64,000 nt of DNA from Pristiophorus japonicus (Eukaryota). A program made the position numbers and the translations under genes. The notes under the pieces were generated by a model. The model saw only the letters and a program-made list of their open reading frames with translations. It was not told where the DNA came from and made no database searches. Positions 12,342 to 25,899 of the stretch are shown here, piece by piece (the stretch's first letter is position 1; every line of letters starts with the position of its first letter). The stretch lies in contig NC_091980.1 of assembly GCF_044704955.1 (NCBI RefSeq), positions 13,206,001 through 13,270,000 on the forward strand. The letters are read 5' to 3'.

Positions 12342-15300
12342 CAGAATAAGGCAGGGGGATGGGAACCAATGCAGGGAGACAGAGGGAAACAAAAAGGAGG
12401 CAAAAGCAAAAGACAGAAAGGAGATGAGGAAAAGTGGAGGGCAGAGAAACCCAAGGCAAAGAACAAAAAGGGCCACTGTACAGCAAAATTTTAAAAGGAC
12501 AAAGGGTGTTAAAAAAAACAAGCCTGAAGGCTTTGTGTCTTAATGCAAGGAGTATCCGCAATAAAGTGGATGAATTAACTGTGCAAATAGATGTTAACAA
12601 ATATGATGTGATTGGGATTACGGAGACGTGGCTGCAGGATGATCAGGGCTGGGAACTCAACATCCAGGAGTATTCAACATTCAGGAAAGATAGAATAAAA
12701 GGAAAAGGAGGTGGGGTAGCATTGCTGGTTAAGGAGCAAATTAAGGCAATAGTTCGGAAGGACATTAGCTTGGATGATGTGGAATCTATATGGGTAGAGT
12801 TGCAGAATACCAAAGGGCAAAAAACGTTAGTGGGAGTTGTGTACAGACCTCCAAACAGTAGTAGTGATGTTGGGGAGGGCATCAAACATGAAATTAGGGA
12901 TGCGTGCAATAAAGGTGCAGCAGTTATAATGGGTGACTTTAATATGCACATAGATCGGGTTAACCAAACCGGAAGCAATACTGTGGAGGAGGATTTCCTG
13001 GAGTGCATAAGGGATGGTTTTTTAGACCAATATGTCGAGTAACCAACTAAGGGGGAGGCCATCTTAGACTGGGTGTTGTGTAATGAGAGAGGATTAATTA
13101 GCAATCTCGTTGTGCGAGGCCCCTTGGGGAAGAGTGACCATAATATGGTGGAATTCTGCATTAGGATGGAGAATGAAACAGTTAATTCAGAGACCATGGT
13201 CCAGAACTTAAAGAAGGGTAACTTTGAAGGTATGAGGCGTGAATTGGCTAGAATAGATTGGCGAATGATACTTATGGGGTTGACTGTGGATGGGCAATGG
13301 CAGACATTTAGAGACCGCATGGATGAACTACAACAATTGTACATTCCTGTCTCGCGTAAAAATAAAAAAGGGAAGGTGGCTCAACCGTGGCTATCAAGGG
13401 AAATCAGGGATAGTATTAAAGCCAAGGAAGTGGCATACAAATTGGCCAGAAATAGCAGCGAACCCGGGGACTTGGAGAAATTTAGAACTCAGCAGAGGAG
13501 GACAAAGGGTTTGATTAGGGCAAGGAAAATGGAGTACGAGAAGAAGCTTGCAGGGAACATTAAGACGGATTGCAAAAGTTTCTATAGATATGTAAAGAGA
13601 AAAAGGTTAGTAAAGACAAACGTAGGTCCTCTGCAGTCAGAATCAGGGGAAGTCATAACGGGGAACAAAGAAATGGCGGACCAATTGAACAAGTACTTTG
13701 GTTCGGTATTCACTGAGGAGGACACAAACAACCTTCCGGATATAAAAGGGGTCGGAGAGTCTAGTAAGGAGGAGGAACTGAGGGAAATCCTTATTAGTCA
13801 GGAAATTGTGTTGGGGAAATTGATGGGATTGAAGGCCGATAAATCCCCAGGGCCTGATGGACTGCATCCCAGAGTACTTAAGGAGGTGGCCTTGGAAATA
13901 GTGGATGCATTGACAGTCATTTTCCAACATTCCATTGACTCTGGATCAGTTCCTATGGAGTGGAGGGTAGCCAATGTAACCCCACTTTTTAAAAAAGGAG
14001 GGAGAGAGAAAACAGGGAATTATAGACCGGTCAGCCTGACATCGGTAGTGGGTAAAATGATGGAATCAATTATTAAGGATGTCATAGCAGTGCATTTGGA
14101 AAGAGGTGATATGATAGGTCCAAGTCAGCATGGATTTGTGAAAGGAAAATCATGCTTGACAAATCTTCTGGAATTTTTTGAGGATGTTTCCAGTAGAGTG
14201 GACAAGGGAGAACCAGTTGATGTGGTATATTTGGACTCTCAGAAGGCTTTCGACAAGGACCCACACAAGAGATTAATGTGCAAAGTTAAATCACATGGGA
14301 TTGGGGGTAGTGTGCTGACATGGATTGAGAACTGGTTGACAGACAGGAAGCAAAGAGCAGGAGTAAATGGGGACTTCTCAAAATGGCAGGCAGTGACTAG
14401 TGGGGTACCGCAAGGTTCTGTGCTCGGGCCCCAGCTGTTTACAATGTACATTAATGATTTCGACGAGGGGATTAAATGTAGTATCTCCAAATTTGCGGAT
14501 GACACTAAGTTGGGTGGCAGTGTGAGCTGCAAGGAGGATTCTATGAGGCTGCAGAGCGACTTGCATAGGTTAGGTGAGTGGGCAAATGCATGGCAGATGA
14601 AGTATAATGTGGATAAATGTGAGGTTATCCACTTTGGTGGTAAAACAGAGAGACAGACTATTATCTGAATGGTGACAGATTAGGAAAAGGGGAGGTGCAA
14701 AGAGACCTGGGTGTCATGGTACATCAGTCATTGAAGGTTGGCATGCAGGTACAGCAGGCGGTTAAGAAAGCAAATGGCATGTTGGCCTTCATAGCGAGGG
14801 CATTTGAGTACAGGGGCAGGGAGGTGTTGCTACAGTTGTACAGGGCCTTGGTGAGGCCACACCTGGAGTACTGTGTACAGTTTTGGTCTCCTAACCTGAG
14901 GAAGGACATTCTTGCTATTGAGGGCGTGCAGCGAAGGTTCACCAGACTGATTCCCGGGATGGCGGGACTGACCTATCAAGAAAGATTGGATCAACTGTGC
15001 TTGTATTCACTGGAGTTCAGAAGAATGAGAGGGGACCTCATAGAAACGTTTAACATTCTGACGGGTTTAGACAGGTTAGATGCAGGAAGAATGTTCCCAA
15101 TGTTGGGGAAGTCCAGAACCAGGGGCCACAGTCTAAGGATAAGGGGGAAGCCATTTTGGACCGAGATGAGGAGGAATTTCTTCACCCAGAGAGTGGTGAA
15201 CCTGTGGAATTCTCTACCACAGAAAGTTGTTGAGGCCAATTCACTAAATATATTCAAAAAGGAGTTAGGTGAAGTCCTTACTACTAGGGGAATCAAGAGG

Positions 15301-15438
15301 TATGGTGAGAAAGCAAGAATGGGGTACTGAAGTTGCATGTTCAGCCATGAACTCATTGAATGGCGGTGCAGGCTAGAAGGGCCGAATGGCCTACTCCTGC
15401 ACCTATTTTCTATGTTTCTATGTCTCTATGTTTCTATG
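12342..15438 (+). mobile_element. Young CR1 LINE with essentially complete ORF2 (APE endonuclease + RT), disabled
   Basis: ORFs 12434-13042 (LNARSI, ITETWL, VYRPP, MGDFN), 13073-14668 (SDH, GVPQGSVLGP, KFADD) and 14695-15330. One stop at 13040-13042, one frameshift near 14641, and a (TTCTATGT)n tail to about 15438. Flanks rejoin to match the empty paralogous site near 27425. Confidence 0.96.
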
Positions 15439-15589
15439 TAGCAAATATCTCACCAAAGGTTTTGTATTGAATTCTGATAGTAATACAAATAACAGTATTT
15501 AATTTGATCTTTATAGGTGATTTTGCATGAAAGGCACAATGTGATGTTATCATTAGATAATTGAATAATTTTCCATTTCAAACAATTTC

Positions 15590-15935
15590 CACTTTAAAGC
15601 ATTCCCAGGTCAGACATGCACAGGTTAATAAAGCACCTCTTGTTTGTTTCATCAGGTGACTCCTCTCAACATCAATGCACTTGTCTATCGCACCATGTGC
15701 TACGTCACATTAACATGTTAGCATTGGTCTCTCTGAGAAGGTTATCAAATGAGTGAGAAAATAGTGGCAGCATTGTGCAGTGGCTTTGTGCCAAAAAGTA
15801 ACTGTGCTTATTCTGCCCAAACAGATTTCACATCAATTTCCTGTATCTTGAAGAGACAAAATAAATTAATCCCAACAATAACGGTTGGAGTAGCATCTAT
15901 ATCCAAAAAGGCATTGGGCTAATTTAACATGACAT
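15590..15935 (-). mobile_element. LF-SINE-like element (unit copy 2)
   Basis: aagcattcccaggtcag...ggcagcattgtgcagtgg...atttcacat blocks shared with the other four copies. Confidence 0.55.
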
Positions 15936-16354
15936 ATATTGCCCAATATTGGTATCATCAGCAGCAGGCAGTATTCCAACTGTTTAGTGTTGCAGAACAA
16001 CTATGATGTCAGCATAATATTAAATAGTTTAAGATGTAATCAGGGGAGCTCTAACATAAAGAATTGGATTGACTGATAAGTGTAGAAAGAATTAAGATAT
16101 ATATTTAAAAATGGAAATTTGCAGTGAGTGATTTTAAGGTGGCTTTTGGAAAATTTACTTTAAGACGATTCTTGAAAAACAGTTTAACACAGGAGTGGAA
16201 AGCTCCAAACTAATACAATCAAAAATGCTTGGATTTTTCATAAACGAGAAGAATTTTGGATCAAGTTTTGCAAAGAAGCTCTAGCTTTAAATATATGTTA
16301 TGTGGTGTATCGTATTTAATCTGAGAGGACTTGTTTTCAGTAAAGACGAGAAAA

Positions 16355-16745
16355 AAAGAAAAGAAAGAATTATATTTACCTAGCACCTTTAATGACTTCA
16401 GGATGTCGCAAATATATATTTTTAAGCTGTTATTATGCAGGAAATGCAGCTGCCAATTTGAACACAGTAAGCTCCTACAAACAGCAATGGTATAATAATC
16501 AGATAATGTCTTGATTGTGATGTTGATGGAGGGATAAATATTGGCCAGGGTACCGGGGATTACTCCCCTGCTCTACTTTCAAATATTCCATGGGGTATTT
16601 TAGGTGATCTGGGAGGGCAGACAATGACTCATCCTAAAGTCACATTAGTACTGCACTGGAGAATCAGCCTGTATTTTTCTACTCAAGTCTCTGGAATTGG
16701 ACATGAACCCATAACCTTCTGACTCACACGCTGAAATGTGACTTG
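16355..16745 (-). mobile_element. tRNA-derived Deu-domain SINE (SacSINE1-like), degenerate
   Basis: Collinear with the better-preserved copy at 60145-60612 (gggataaatattggccagg, gtactgcactgga, gaacccataaccttctgactca). L2-type tail at the left end. Confidence 0.75.
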
Positions 16746-16959
16746 AGATCATGGCAACATCATTTTGCCATTACACACTGCATTCTAAATCTAAAGGGCG
16801 AGTTGTGCAAAGTTACAGTAATATTTTTGTCTATGAATGTAAGGTAATGGAGAAAAGGATAGAATTAATAATGGCAGTATTTAAAACGTATATGTATTTG
16901 AAACTATGTTGTTCCTCCAGGCAATCTTCGGACATGAACTATATTGCAAGGAATATCAG

Positions 16960-18300
16960 AACGTTATAATTGGCTGGAAGTGTGCATACAACACTTGTTG
17001 CTATGCAACAGAGAGGCACTACGAGATTTATCACGCCAACACCGAGAGTCCGGCTCCCTATCTTTGGACATATCTTATAACCACCCCTCACAAGAGAAGT
17101 ATCAGTAATCAGAAAATACAAGCGGGCCCTGGAAAACTCATATCTACCTATTAATAAAGATCTCCAAAATGTCTCGAGATGCCACATTAATCCTGGCAAG
17201 CAGCTGAAACTTTCAATCCTCAGAACACTCACCTAAATATAAGTGACAGAAGATGTGGGAAACCAATGAGGTTAAAACTCAGAAGCTGATCATTATCCCT
17301 GTGGATCAATATCCTGGCTTCACAATGGCATGTAAAATAAGAATCACTCCTAAAAGTATGATACTCCATGTAATCATAGAAATTTACAGCATGGAAGGAG
17401 GCCATTTCGCCCCGTGTCTGTGCCGGCTGACAAAGAGCTGTCCAGCCTAATCCCACTTTCCAGCTCTTGGTCTGTAGCCTGTAGGTTACGGCACTTCAAG
17501 TGCACATCCAAGTAATTGTTAAATGTGGTGAGGTTTCTACCACCTTTTCAGGCAGTGAGTTCCAGACCCCCAACACCATCTGGGTGAAGAACTTTCCCCT
17601 CAAGTCCCCTCTAAACCTCCTACCAATTACATTAAATCTATGCCCCATCGTTGTTGACCCCTCTGCTGAGGGAAACAAATCTTTCATATCCACTTTATCT
17701 AGGCCCCTCGTAATTCTATACACCTTAATAAGGTCCCCCATCAGTCTCCTCTGTTCCAAAGAAAATAAACCCAGCCAGCCGATCTAAGCTTTCCCCATAG
17801 CTAAAATTCTGCAGTCCGGGCAACATCCTAGTGAATGTCATCTGTACCATCTCTCGTGTAATCATCATTATTGTAATGCGGTGACCAGAACTGCACGCAG
17901 TACTCTAGCTGTGGCTTAACCAATGTTTTATATAGTTCAAGCATAACCTCCCTGCTCTTGTATTCTAAGCCTCGGCTAATAAAGGCAAGTATTCCATATG
18001 CCTTCTTAACCACCTTATCTACCCGGCCTGCTACCTCAGGGATCTGTGGACATGCACGCCAAGGTCCCTTTGTTCCACTACGCTTCTCCGTGCCCTACCA
18101 ATTAATATTTATGCCTTTTCCCAAATGCATCACCTCATACTTCTCGAAATTGAATTCTATTTGCCATTCATATGGATGTTTTGATGAACTGCTATATAAT
18201 TAGAAGATGAAGGATATTGTGATGTGCGACTGTGGAGTCACTATCCAATTCATGGGAGCGTCTTGTGAACCATTTTGCATTAAGATCATTCCTCGAAGTA
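16960..18300 (+). mobile_element. Ingi/Vingi-like LINE fragment (copy 2), interrupted by the CR1 at 17373-18168
   Basis: PGFTMACKIRIT before the CR1 and SYGC..LLYN*KMKDIVMCDCG after it. Confidence 0.55.
17373..18168 (-). mobile_element. CR1 3' portion, distinct subfamily (TTCTATGA-type tail)
   Basis: Minus ORFs 17496-17759 and 17828-18013 (LEYCVQFWSPHY). Absent from the paralogous units. Confidence 0.88.
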
Positions 18301-18444
18301 ATATATTCGTAGCACTAGAGGTCACAGAATGAACGGCTACCTTGAATACTGACATTCAATGTTGCTTTGCGAGATGAAATACGAAAGAAAGACTGAATGT
18401 GAATCACTTGGAAGGCTTTTGATTGGAAATGTAATAGTTCAAAA

Positions 18445-19260
18445 TAAATGCTTTATTAAAATGGCAACTGCAATGGTTCATGCTCCTTTGCTGCTACTTA
18501 GTTTAGGAACAGAATTGATACACGGTTCCTGAAGAGTTACAACTGTGTGCATTTGTTAGAAATATTGCTCTCGATTTCGGTTTAGACACGCGGTTCGCAT
18601 TTTTTGGAATGTGTCTGATCCGGAGAAACATTATTTACACGTAGATTTAAACAATGGGAATTGTTTGTGATTAATTGCTTTGTGGGCAGAGCATCAATGG
18701 CACATTATATTAAAAGGGTGTGAGAGAAAGCCACCACACACCCCCACCACCAGTCGCTACTGAACCGAGTTGAATATTCTAGATGTAAATAACAATACTC
18801 GGGTATTCCAAAAGGGTCAGTTCAATATGGAAGTATTACACATAGTTAAAGCAGAGACACGCCTCACCCCTGAATGTGTGCTACTTGTGAATTTTGGAAA
18901 AACTTGCTACCTGCTCGTTCTGAATGATTATTTCATCCTAGGGACACAAGCCCAGAGTGGCGATAGAAAGTTGTCGATGCTTGTACAAGAAAACTCCTGG
19001 ACAAAGAAAAAATATTAGACACACATATTCGCACCTAATCACCAAATATGTTGGAATCGCTAAAGAATCTGGAGCTGTTTACTATTTAATGTCAGTACAG
19101 GATGCCAACAACATGGTGTCTACAATTACCCAGCCAGTTTAGAAAGCCATCTCATGAAAAGACTCACCCAAAGCAATTCTGGTAAAATTGAGCGATTGTT
19201 CCAATGGAGTGATAGTATACTTTTTAAAGAACCATCCTTCTGTTAGAATGTATGAGCTAG
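18445..19260 (+). pseudogene. Relic protocadherin exon R2 (signal peptide to start of EC3)
   Basis: gttcctgaagagttacaactg (PEELQL), gatttaaacaatggg (DLNNG), ORF 18770 ILDVNNN..FQKGQF, caggatgccaacaac (QDANN) and tccaatgga. Heavily mutated. Confidence 0.85.
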
Positions 19261-19574
19261 AAGCAGATTATTGGATAGGCCATTCAGCTACTACCACTTG
19301 CGTGAACAGTGCTTCTTGAATTTCCCTCCTAAATGGCCTCGTTCTAATTTTAAGGTATGTATATGTAAGCATTAGTTGAACTAATTCCTTACCAGTGCTG
19401 ATCCAGGTCATTATTATCATTTGGTAGAGAGAGATCGTCATGTGATAACATATCTGAAAAGTTGAGTTAATTAAGTAATATCGATATTGATTGCAATAAG
19501 TCAGCGTTAAGCTACGATTACTGTGGAGTGGAATGGAGTTGCCAACGAAAACATTATGCCAACAAAAAAAAAAT

Positions 19575-19738
19575 TATGGTTGAACAATCATAAATGTAAA
19601 ACCGATTCGGAGATTTTTCCGAGACATTCCAGCTTTAAGAACTGTTCAGAAAGCTGATTGGATGTTTGTGGTTATGTTCCATCCACCAATCAGAAGCCGC
19701 AATGTGACTGGAGATCCTGACTGCCCCCTTCCCTTCCC
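19575..19738 (+). promoter_or_regulatory. Pcdh promoter module for exon 19999
   Basis: GCTTTAAGAA, then CTGATTGG(19654)-24nt-CCAATCAG-10nt-GTGACTGG-AGATCCTGACTGCCCCCTTCCC, about 265 nt upstream of the ATG. Confidence 0.75.
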
Positions 19739-19998
19739 ATCCACCACTGCGCACGTTCAGCCACAGTTTACTGTTGAACGTCGGGCCGTGAGCATCGAAA
19801 GCTGTTTTGCATCCGAACCAAATGGTGATTTTCCGCAGAAATAAGAAGATCGGCACAGAAGCAATCTCCAGATTTGTAAACCCACAGGTATTTCTAGTAA
19901 TCTGCTACTTTCACTGGGGAAACAATAAGTAACTTAACTCGAAGGAATAATCGAAGCAAGCTGTCGCGCTGAAACAATTGGGATGCTTTGTGCTGGAA

Positions 19999-22455
19999 AT
20001 GAGATATTATAAACGATACTGGCTGTTAAAATGGTCACTGTTGTTCTGTGTCTTCTCCTTCTGGGATCAAATTTATGGACAGATTCGCTATTCAATTCCT
20101 GAAGAGCTGCAACTGGGTGCCTTTGTTGGGAATATCGCAGAGGATTTAGGATTGGACGTGAAAGACCTCTCTGCTCGCAGCTTTCGGATTGTGCCTAGTT
20201 CCACGAAGCAATTTTTCGACGTCAATTTGAACAATGGCAATTTATTTGTAAAGGAAAAGATTGACAGAGAACAGCTCTTTGGGCCGAGTGTTACGTGTGT
20301 ATTATCTTTAGAGACAGTGATCGAAAATCCCTTCAGTCTGTACGATGTTGAAGTAGAGATTCTTGATGTAAATGATAATGCTCCGATTTTTACAAATAGC
20401 CAGTACCGCCTTGAAATCTCCGAGGTGGCCGCACCAGGAACAAGGAATCCTCTTGAATGCGCTCACGACCCGGACGTAGGAACCAACTCCCTGCAATCAT
20501 ACCAGCTATTTGCAAACGAATACTTCGGTTTAAACGTTGAGAGCCGAACTGGGAATGCAGACATGCCAGTGTTAGTTTTGAAAAGGCCACTGGATAGAGA
20601 GACGCTATCGACTCACAGGTTAGTGCTGATTGCCAAAGACGGCGGGGTCCCTGAGCGGTCTGGAACTGCACAAATATTAATCATTGTACAAGACGTGAAT
20701 GACAATACGCCCGTGTTCCCTCAGTCTATTTATCAGGTCAGTCTGTTGGAAAATACACCCAAAGGAACATTGGTGATCAAGCTAAATGCCAGTGATTTAG
20801 ATGAAGGTTCCAATGGCGAGATTAATTATTCTTTCAGTCGCCATACATCTGCCAGCGTCCGTGAACTGTTTGCTCTAGGTTCCAAAACGGGTGAAATCTG
20901 CGTCAAAGGAAATTTAAACTTTGAAGAAAACAGTGCTTTTGAGATTAATGTACAAGCAATAGACAAGGGAACTTCTGCAATTCCTGCTTATTGTCATGTA
21001 CTGGTTCAGATTGTGGATATAAATGATAACGCTCCCAAGGTGACTGTCTCTACACTGTTCAGTCCAGTTCCTGAAAGCTCGCTGCCAGGGACGGTTGTAG
21101 CTCTAATCAGTGCAACAGATAAAGACTCAGGAGGAAATGGACAGGTAAAATGTCATGTCACAAATAACGTTCCTTTTCAACTGGATTCATCTTCTAAGAA
21201 ATATTTAACATTGCGTACACAACAGGAACTTGATCGTGAAAATACCTCGAGGTACGAAGTCACTGTCCTTTGCAGTGATTCAGGGTCTCCTCCCCTCATA
21301 TCCAAGAAAGACATCCAGTTGGAGGTTTCCGATATAAATGATAACGCGCCCCGCTTTGCGCAGCCTTTATATACAGCTTATGTGATGGAGAACAATGTTA
21401 TTGGAACGTCTATCTTCGCAGTGACAGCTTTTGATCCAGATTTAAACCAGAACTCGCGGCTGAACTATTCCATAATGACGTCTCAGATTCAGGACGAGTC
21501 AGTGTTCAATTACGTCTACATCCAATCAGAAAGCGGAGTCATATTTTCTCAAATGTCTTTTGATTACGAGAGACTCAAAAAATTTCAGATCCAAGTTCAG
21601 GTTATGGACTCTGGAGTCCCGCAACTCTACAGCAATGCCTCAGTGAAGGTAATTATCCTTGATCAGAATGACAATGCTCCGGTGATCGTGCATCCATTGC
21701 CCGAGTATGGATCGACAGTCACAGAGACAGTATCTCGATTTGCAGATTCTGGTTATCTAGTTGCTAAGGTGTCGGCCACTGATGCGGACTCTGGCCAGAA
21801 TTCTCGCCTGTCTTACCAAATTCTCCAGACAACTGACCCTGGACTTTTTACCATTTCACCCGATACGGGCGAAATCTGGACAATGCGTGGCATTATGAGC
21901 AAAGACGGAACAAAACAAAGGTTGGTCATTGGTGCAAAAGACAATGGTTCACCGCCGCTTTCAGCCTCAATGACAATCATCTTATCACTGACAGGCGGTG
22001 ATACGGAAATGCTTTCCGACGTGAGCACTTTGTCTGACGATCCTGGGTCCTTTGGTGACATCAGCCTTTTCTTAGTCATAACGTTAGGGATAACCTCATC
22101 TATTTTTCTCGTGGTTTTATGTATCCTCGCTTTTAAAGTTCATAAAAACGGAAACCGGTTTGCTGCCCGTAATCGTTACCTGGACTCGTGCTGTTGCTTC
22201 GAAGCACGAAATTCATTGAATGGAATTCAAAAAGCCAGCAGAAATCTTGAAATAGCTCCGAACTATGTCGAAGTGTTTGGGGGCGATCCACTTTCTCAAA
22301 GCTTCCGCTATGACACGTGTTCGACTTCCGGTACGGCCAAGAGAGACGCCATGTTTCCTAACATGTACACTTCATCTACACGGAAGGATTACGTCACGAG
22401 TGGTAATAAAGATGCTCTCCGCGATGTAAACTGCAAGAACTCTATGAACAATGAG
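19999..22455 (+). CDS. Clustered protocadherin variable exon, intact (819 codons to the donor)
   Basis: ATG at 19999; QIRYSIPEE EC1 start; six cadherin repeats (DRE, DxNDNxP); TM; cytoplasmic CCC...NSLNGIQKASRN...PNYVEVFGGDPLSQSFRY; phase-0 donor GAG|GTGAGG. Confidence 0.95.
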
Positions 22456-22989
22456 GTGAGGCACTTCTGAAAACGAAAACACTTTAATGTTTTAATTTGG
22501 TATATAGACATCCGCTGAATTATTGTAGCACAAGGTTCCATCTGTGTCACGTTGATGGCACAGATATGGCAGGTACGAGTAATAGCCCACATCGGAACCT
22601 ATTTTGCCATTTTTGTTCAAACATAGTTACGCCGAAACAGCTTACCGTCGAATTATAAATGTTGACGTCCAGCTGAAGTCTCAAGGTTCATAGTGTCGAA
22701 GAGCAACAAAATGAAATATATTGGCGACAATATGAGTTAAGTCACATATTGGCTAAAAGACATCAAAATGGGTTATTGCAGATTGCAATAGTAATGGGTC
22801 TGATAGAATCAAGATATTTCAAACTATTAACCTTCTGCGTCAGAATAGGTTACAATAGGAGACGATGGAATTGACCTTAATTCGGGAATTTGGCAATTAT
22901 ATGCATGAAGTTTACGTAAAGAAAGCAATATATCAGAGCAATGCAATAAGCATAGTACTATGCATAAAGTTCATAGAAAAGGTGTGATG

Positions 22990-23760
22990 AGCATTGGGAC
23001 AGGAGGTGGCCATTCAGCACCTCGAGCCTGCACTGTCATTCAATCAGAACATGGTGGATCTGTATATTACTTCCATCTACCCGCCTTGGTTCCATAACCC
23101 TTAATACCCATGCATAAAAAAAATATCAGTCTCACTTTTGAAATTTTAATCAGACACCTTTTTTTAGGGGGGGAACAGAATTCCAGAATTTCATTACCCT
23201 TTGTGTGAGGAAATGTTTTCTGACATTATGCCTGAACGACCCGCTATACTTTAAAGATTAGGTACCGTTTTCTGGAACGTCCCATCAAATATCATAGTTT
23301 CTCTCTATCTACCATGTCAAAAGGTTTAATCATTATTACAGTGCACATAACTTAATGTAATACTCCAGACGGGGGCGGTGGGGGGGGGGGCGTGGACGGA
23401 CGGTGCGGGACGGGTTACCTAACCAGACATCTTTACGTGTGTAGCATAACTTCCACCACTTTGTATTCTAGCCCTCATACGATAAAGGCCCATATTTTGT
23501 TAGAGTTTATAATTATTTTTTATATCTGCAATGCCAGTTATTTCTGGACTTGGACCTCTAACTTTCACTTCTGGTCCACAATTCCTAGCTTTTTGCCATT
23601 TAGAAATTACTCTGATATATCTTTCTTTGTTTCAAGGTGGATAAACTCAAAGGTTCCCATATTTATCTGCATCTGCATAAGTTTGCTTCACTCACTTCAT
23701 CTTTCAGTGTCCCATTGCAACTTTCTGCTTCCATGTAAACTGCTTACTGCGCCATCTAAT
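22990..23760 (-). mobile_element. Old degenerate CR1 3' portion
   Basis: Reverse 3' UTR (ggccattcagc.cctcgagcctgc) plus decayed ORF2 end. Paralog of 11150-11990. Confidence 0.7.
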
Positions 23761-24554
23761 TGAGTGCCTAAAGGGAGAGAAAAGAGAGATAAAATTAGGT
23801 GTTTGGCCAATAGTGAGAGAAGGATCACCTAAGAGACACAGGCTTTTTGTGATGACTATTGTTTTGTCCCTAAGAATGCATGTGTATTCAATCACAAGTA
23901 TGTTTTTCAAATTCTTAAACTGGCTTATCTGCATCCTCAGAACATGCCTTCACATGACCTGGCAGTATTTTGTTACGCTGATGCATGTTAAAATACAAGC
24001 CATAATGGAGAAAAACAGTGATTACATTCAAAACTGTCACGAAAACATAAGTATTGATGGATTTGCAAGTAGTACTTCATTGCTGAATCTGCTCTGTGAG
24101 GAACTTTAAAGAAAACACATTTGAGTTTGATTTAGATGTGCAACATCAGCTGAAGTATTGGAGCACAATGTTCCATCTTTGTCTCGTTGCTGGCAGAGAA
24201 ATTGCAGATATGAGTAAAGGTTGCAGAGCTGAACTTCTTTTTAATTGCTGCTCCTAATATTTATCCCTAGCAAGGCATCATTCGAATTTTATATTCAGGA
24301 GTTCAGTTCTAGTCTCAAGGGTTATAGGGTAGATAAGTGCAAACAAGAGCTAAATCAAATATTGGCTTAAATATGCCAAATCTAGAGGTCCACAGATTGC
24401 CACAGGTAAGAGACTGAAAGAATCAAGACATTCCGCACTTCTGCAGTCCTGCATGCGACTGAGATAGAATAGGAGGCAGTGCCCTTGGGCTAAATAAAAA
24501 AGGATTAATTATCAATTGCATACGATCCGCTGAGGCAGAGTGATGAAATATGCT

Positions 24555-25550
24555 AGCATTTCAGGATACATATGAAAGTGATTTGCCTAAGGCCGAAACA
24601 AGAGTGTTAAACTTAAATAAAGCCAATTACATAGTTATAAACAGCGATTTGGCTCGGGTATCTTTGTAAAATAGATTCAATAATAAGGTGGTAGATAAGC
24701 AATGGCTAGCATTTACAGAAATATTTAACAATTCTCAACATAAATTCCATTGAGAAATGAAACTCCACGGGAAAAGTGATCCTTCAATGGATAACAAAGG
24801 AAATTAAGGATAATGTTAGATTCAAACAAGAAGCTTATAATGTTGCGAAGAATATTAGTAAATCTGAGGATTGGGTTTCAGAAACCTGCAAAGGATGACC
24901 AAAAATTAAAAAAAAAGGAAAAAAAATACAATATGAGACAAAACTAGCGAGAAATGTAAAAGCAAATTGTAAGAGCTTCTTACAAGTATGTAAAAAGGAA
25001 GAGAGTTGCAAAAATAAATGTTGATCTCTGAGAGCCTGAGGCAGGAGAAATTATTCCGGGGAATAAGGAAATAGCAGAAAGATTAAACAATTATTTTGTA
25101 TCGGTCTTTACAGTAGAAGACACAAAAAGCATACCAAAAAATGATGGGGACCCAAGGGTCTAATGAGGGTGAGGAATTTAACGTAATTAATTTAAGTAGA
25201 GAAAAAGTACTCGAGAAACTAATGGAACTAAAAGCCGACAAATCGCCTGGACATGACAGCCTACATTGTAGACTTTGAAAAGAGGTGGCTGCAGAGATAA
25301 TGGATGCATTGGTTTTGATCTTCTAAAATTCCTTAGATTGTGGAACACTCCAAACGGATTGGAATGCAGCAAATGTAACACTGCTATTCTAGAAAGGAGG
25401 GAAAGAGAAAAAAGGGAACTACAGGCCTGATATTGTCATTGCGAAAATGTTTGAATCCATTGTTAAGTAAGTGGTATCAGGGCACTTAGGAAATCATAAC
25501 ATGATTAGGCAGTCAGAAGTTTTATGAAAGGGAAATCGTTTTTTACAATT
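24555..25550 (+). mobile_element. Degenerate internal CR1 ORF2 fragment
   Basis: Collinear with about 13200-14160 (ctaaaagccgacaaatcgcctgga, aaaggaggg..agagaaaa). Confidence 0.8.
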
Positions 25551-25899
25551 CCTTTTGGAATGGCTATTAGTTTGTCACAAACAATACGTTTGTGTTCATT
25601 CACACCTATTATTTTCAAATTCTTGAAGTACCTTATCTGCATCATAAGAATATGCCCTCACACGACCTTGTTATATTTTGTTACATTACAGCATTTAAAA
25701 ATTCAGGGCACAAGAGACAAAAATAGTGATTGCATACATAACTGCCACAAAAACATATGTATTGATGGATGTACGAGTAGTACTTTGTTGCTGATACTGC
25801 TCGGTGAGGAATCTATAAGAAAAAAAATACTTGAGTTTGCGTTGGATGAGTAAAAATCCACTGAAGTATTGGATCACACGCTTCCACTTTTGTCTAGCT

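Noticed and set aside
12434-15330. Reverse transcriptase as a retron, DGR or other novel RT system diversifying the Pcdh array
   Set aside because: It is an ordinary APE-RT CR1 ORF2 with a microsatellite tail and many dispersed relatives. There is no template/variable repeat pair, and it is absent from paralogous units.
12183-15356. Numerous 60-230 aa ORFs antisense to CR1 and Pcdh sequences
   Set aside because: They are shadow frames of real coding or TE sequence with no independent domain signal.
19978-19998. ORF-track starts at TTG/GTG (8162, 19978, 42072, 54053) as true N-termini
   Set aside because: These are non-ATG starts from the ORF caller. The equivalent TTG frame in exon 54059 hits TGA, and the downstream ATG leads directly into a signal-peptide-like segment.
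20629-20650. GCCAAAGACGGCGG as an exonic CTCF site
   Set aside because: Poor fit to CTCF core spacing, and fully explained by coding for the conserved AKDGG motif.
23371-23415. G-rich run as a functional G-quadruplex
   Set aside because: It lies in a decayed CR1 and is much shorter in the paralog near 33567, consistent with homopolymer slippage.
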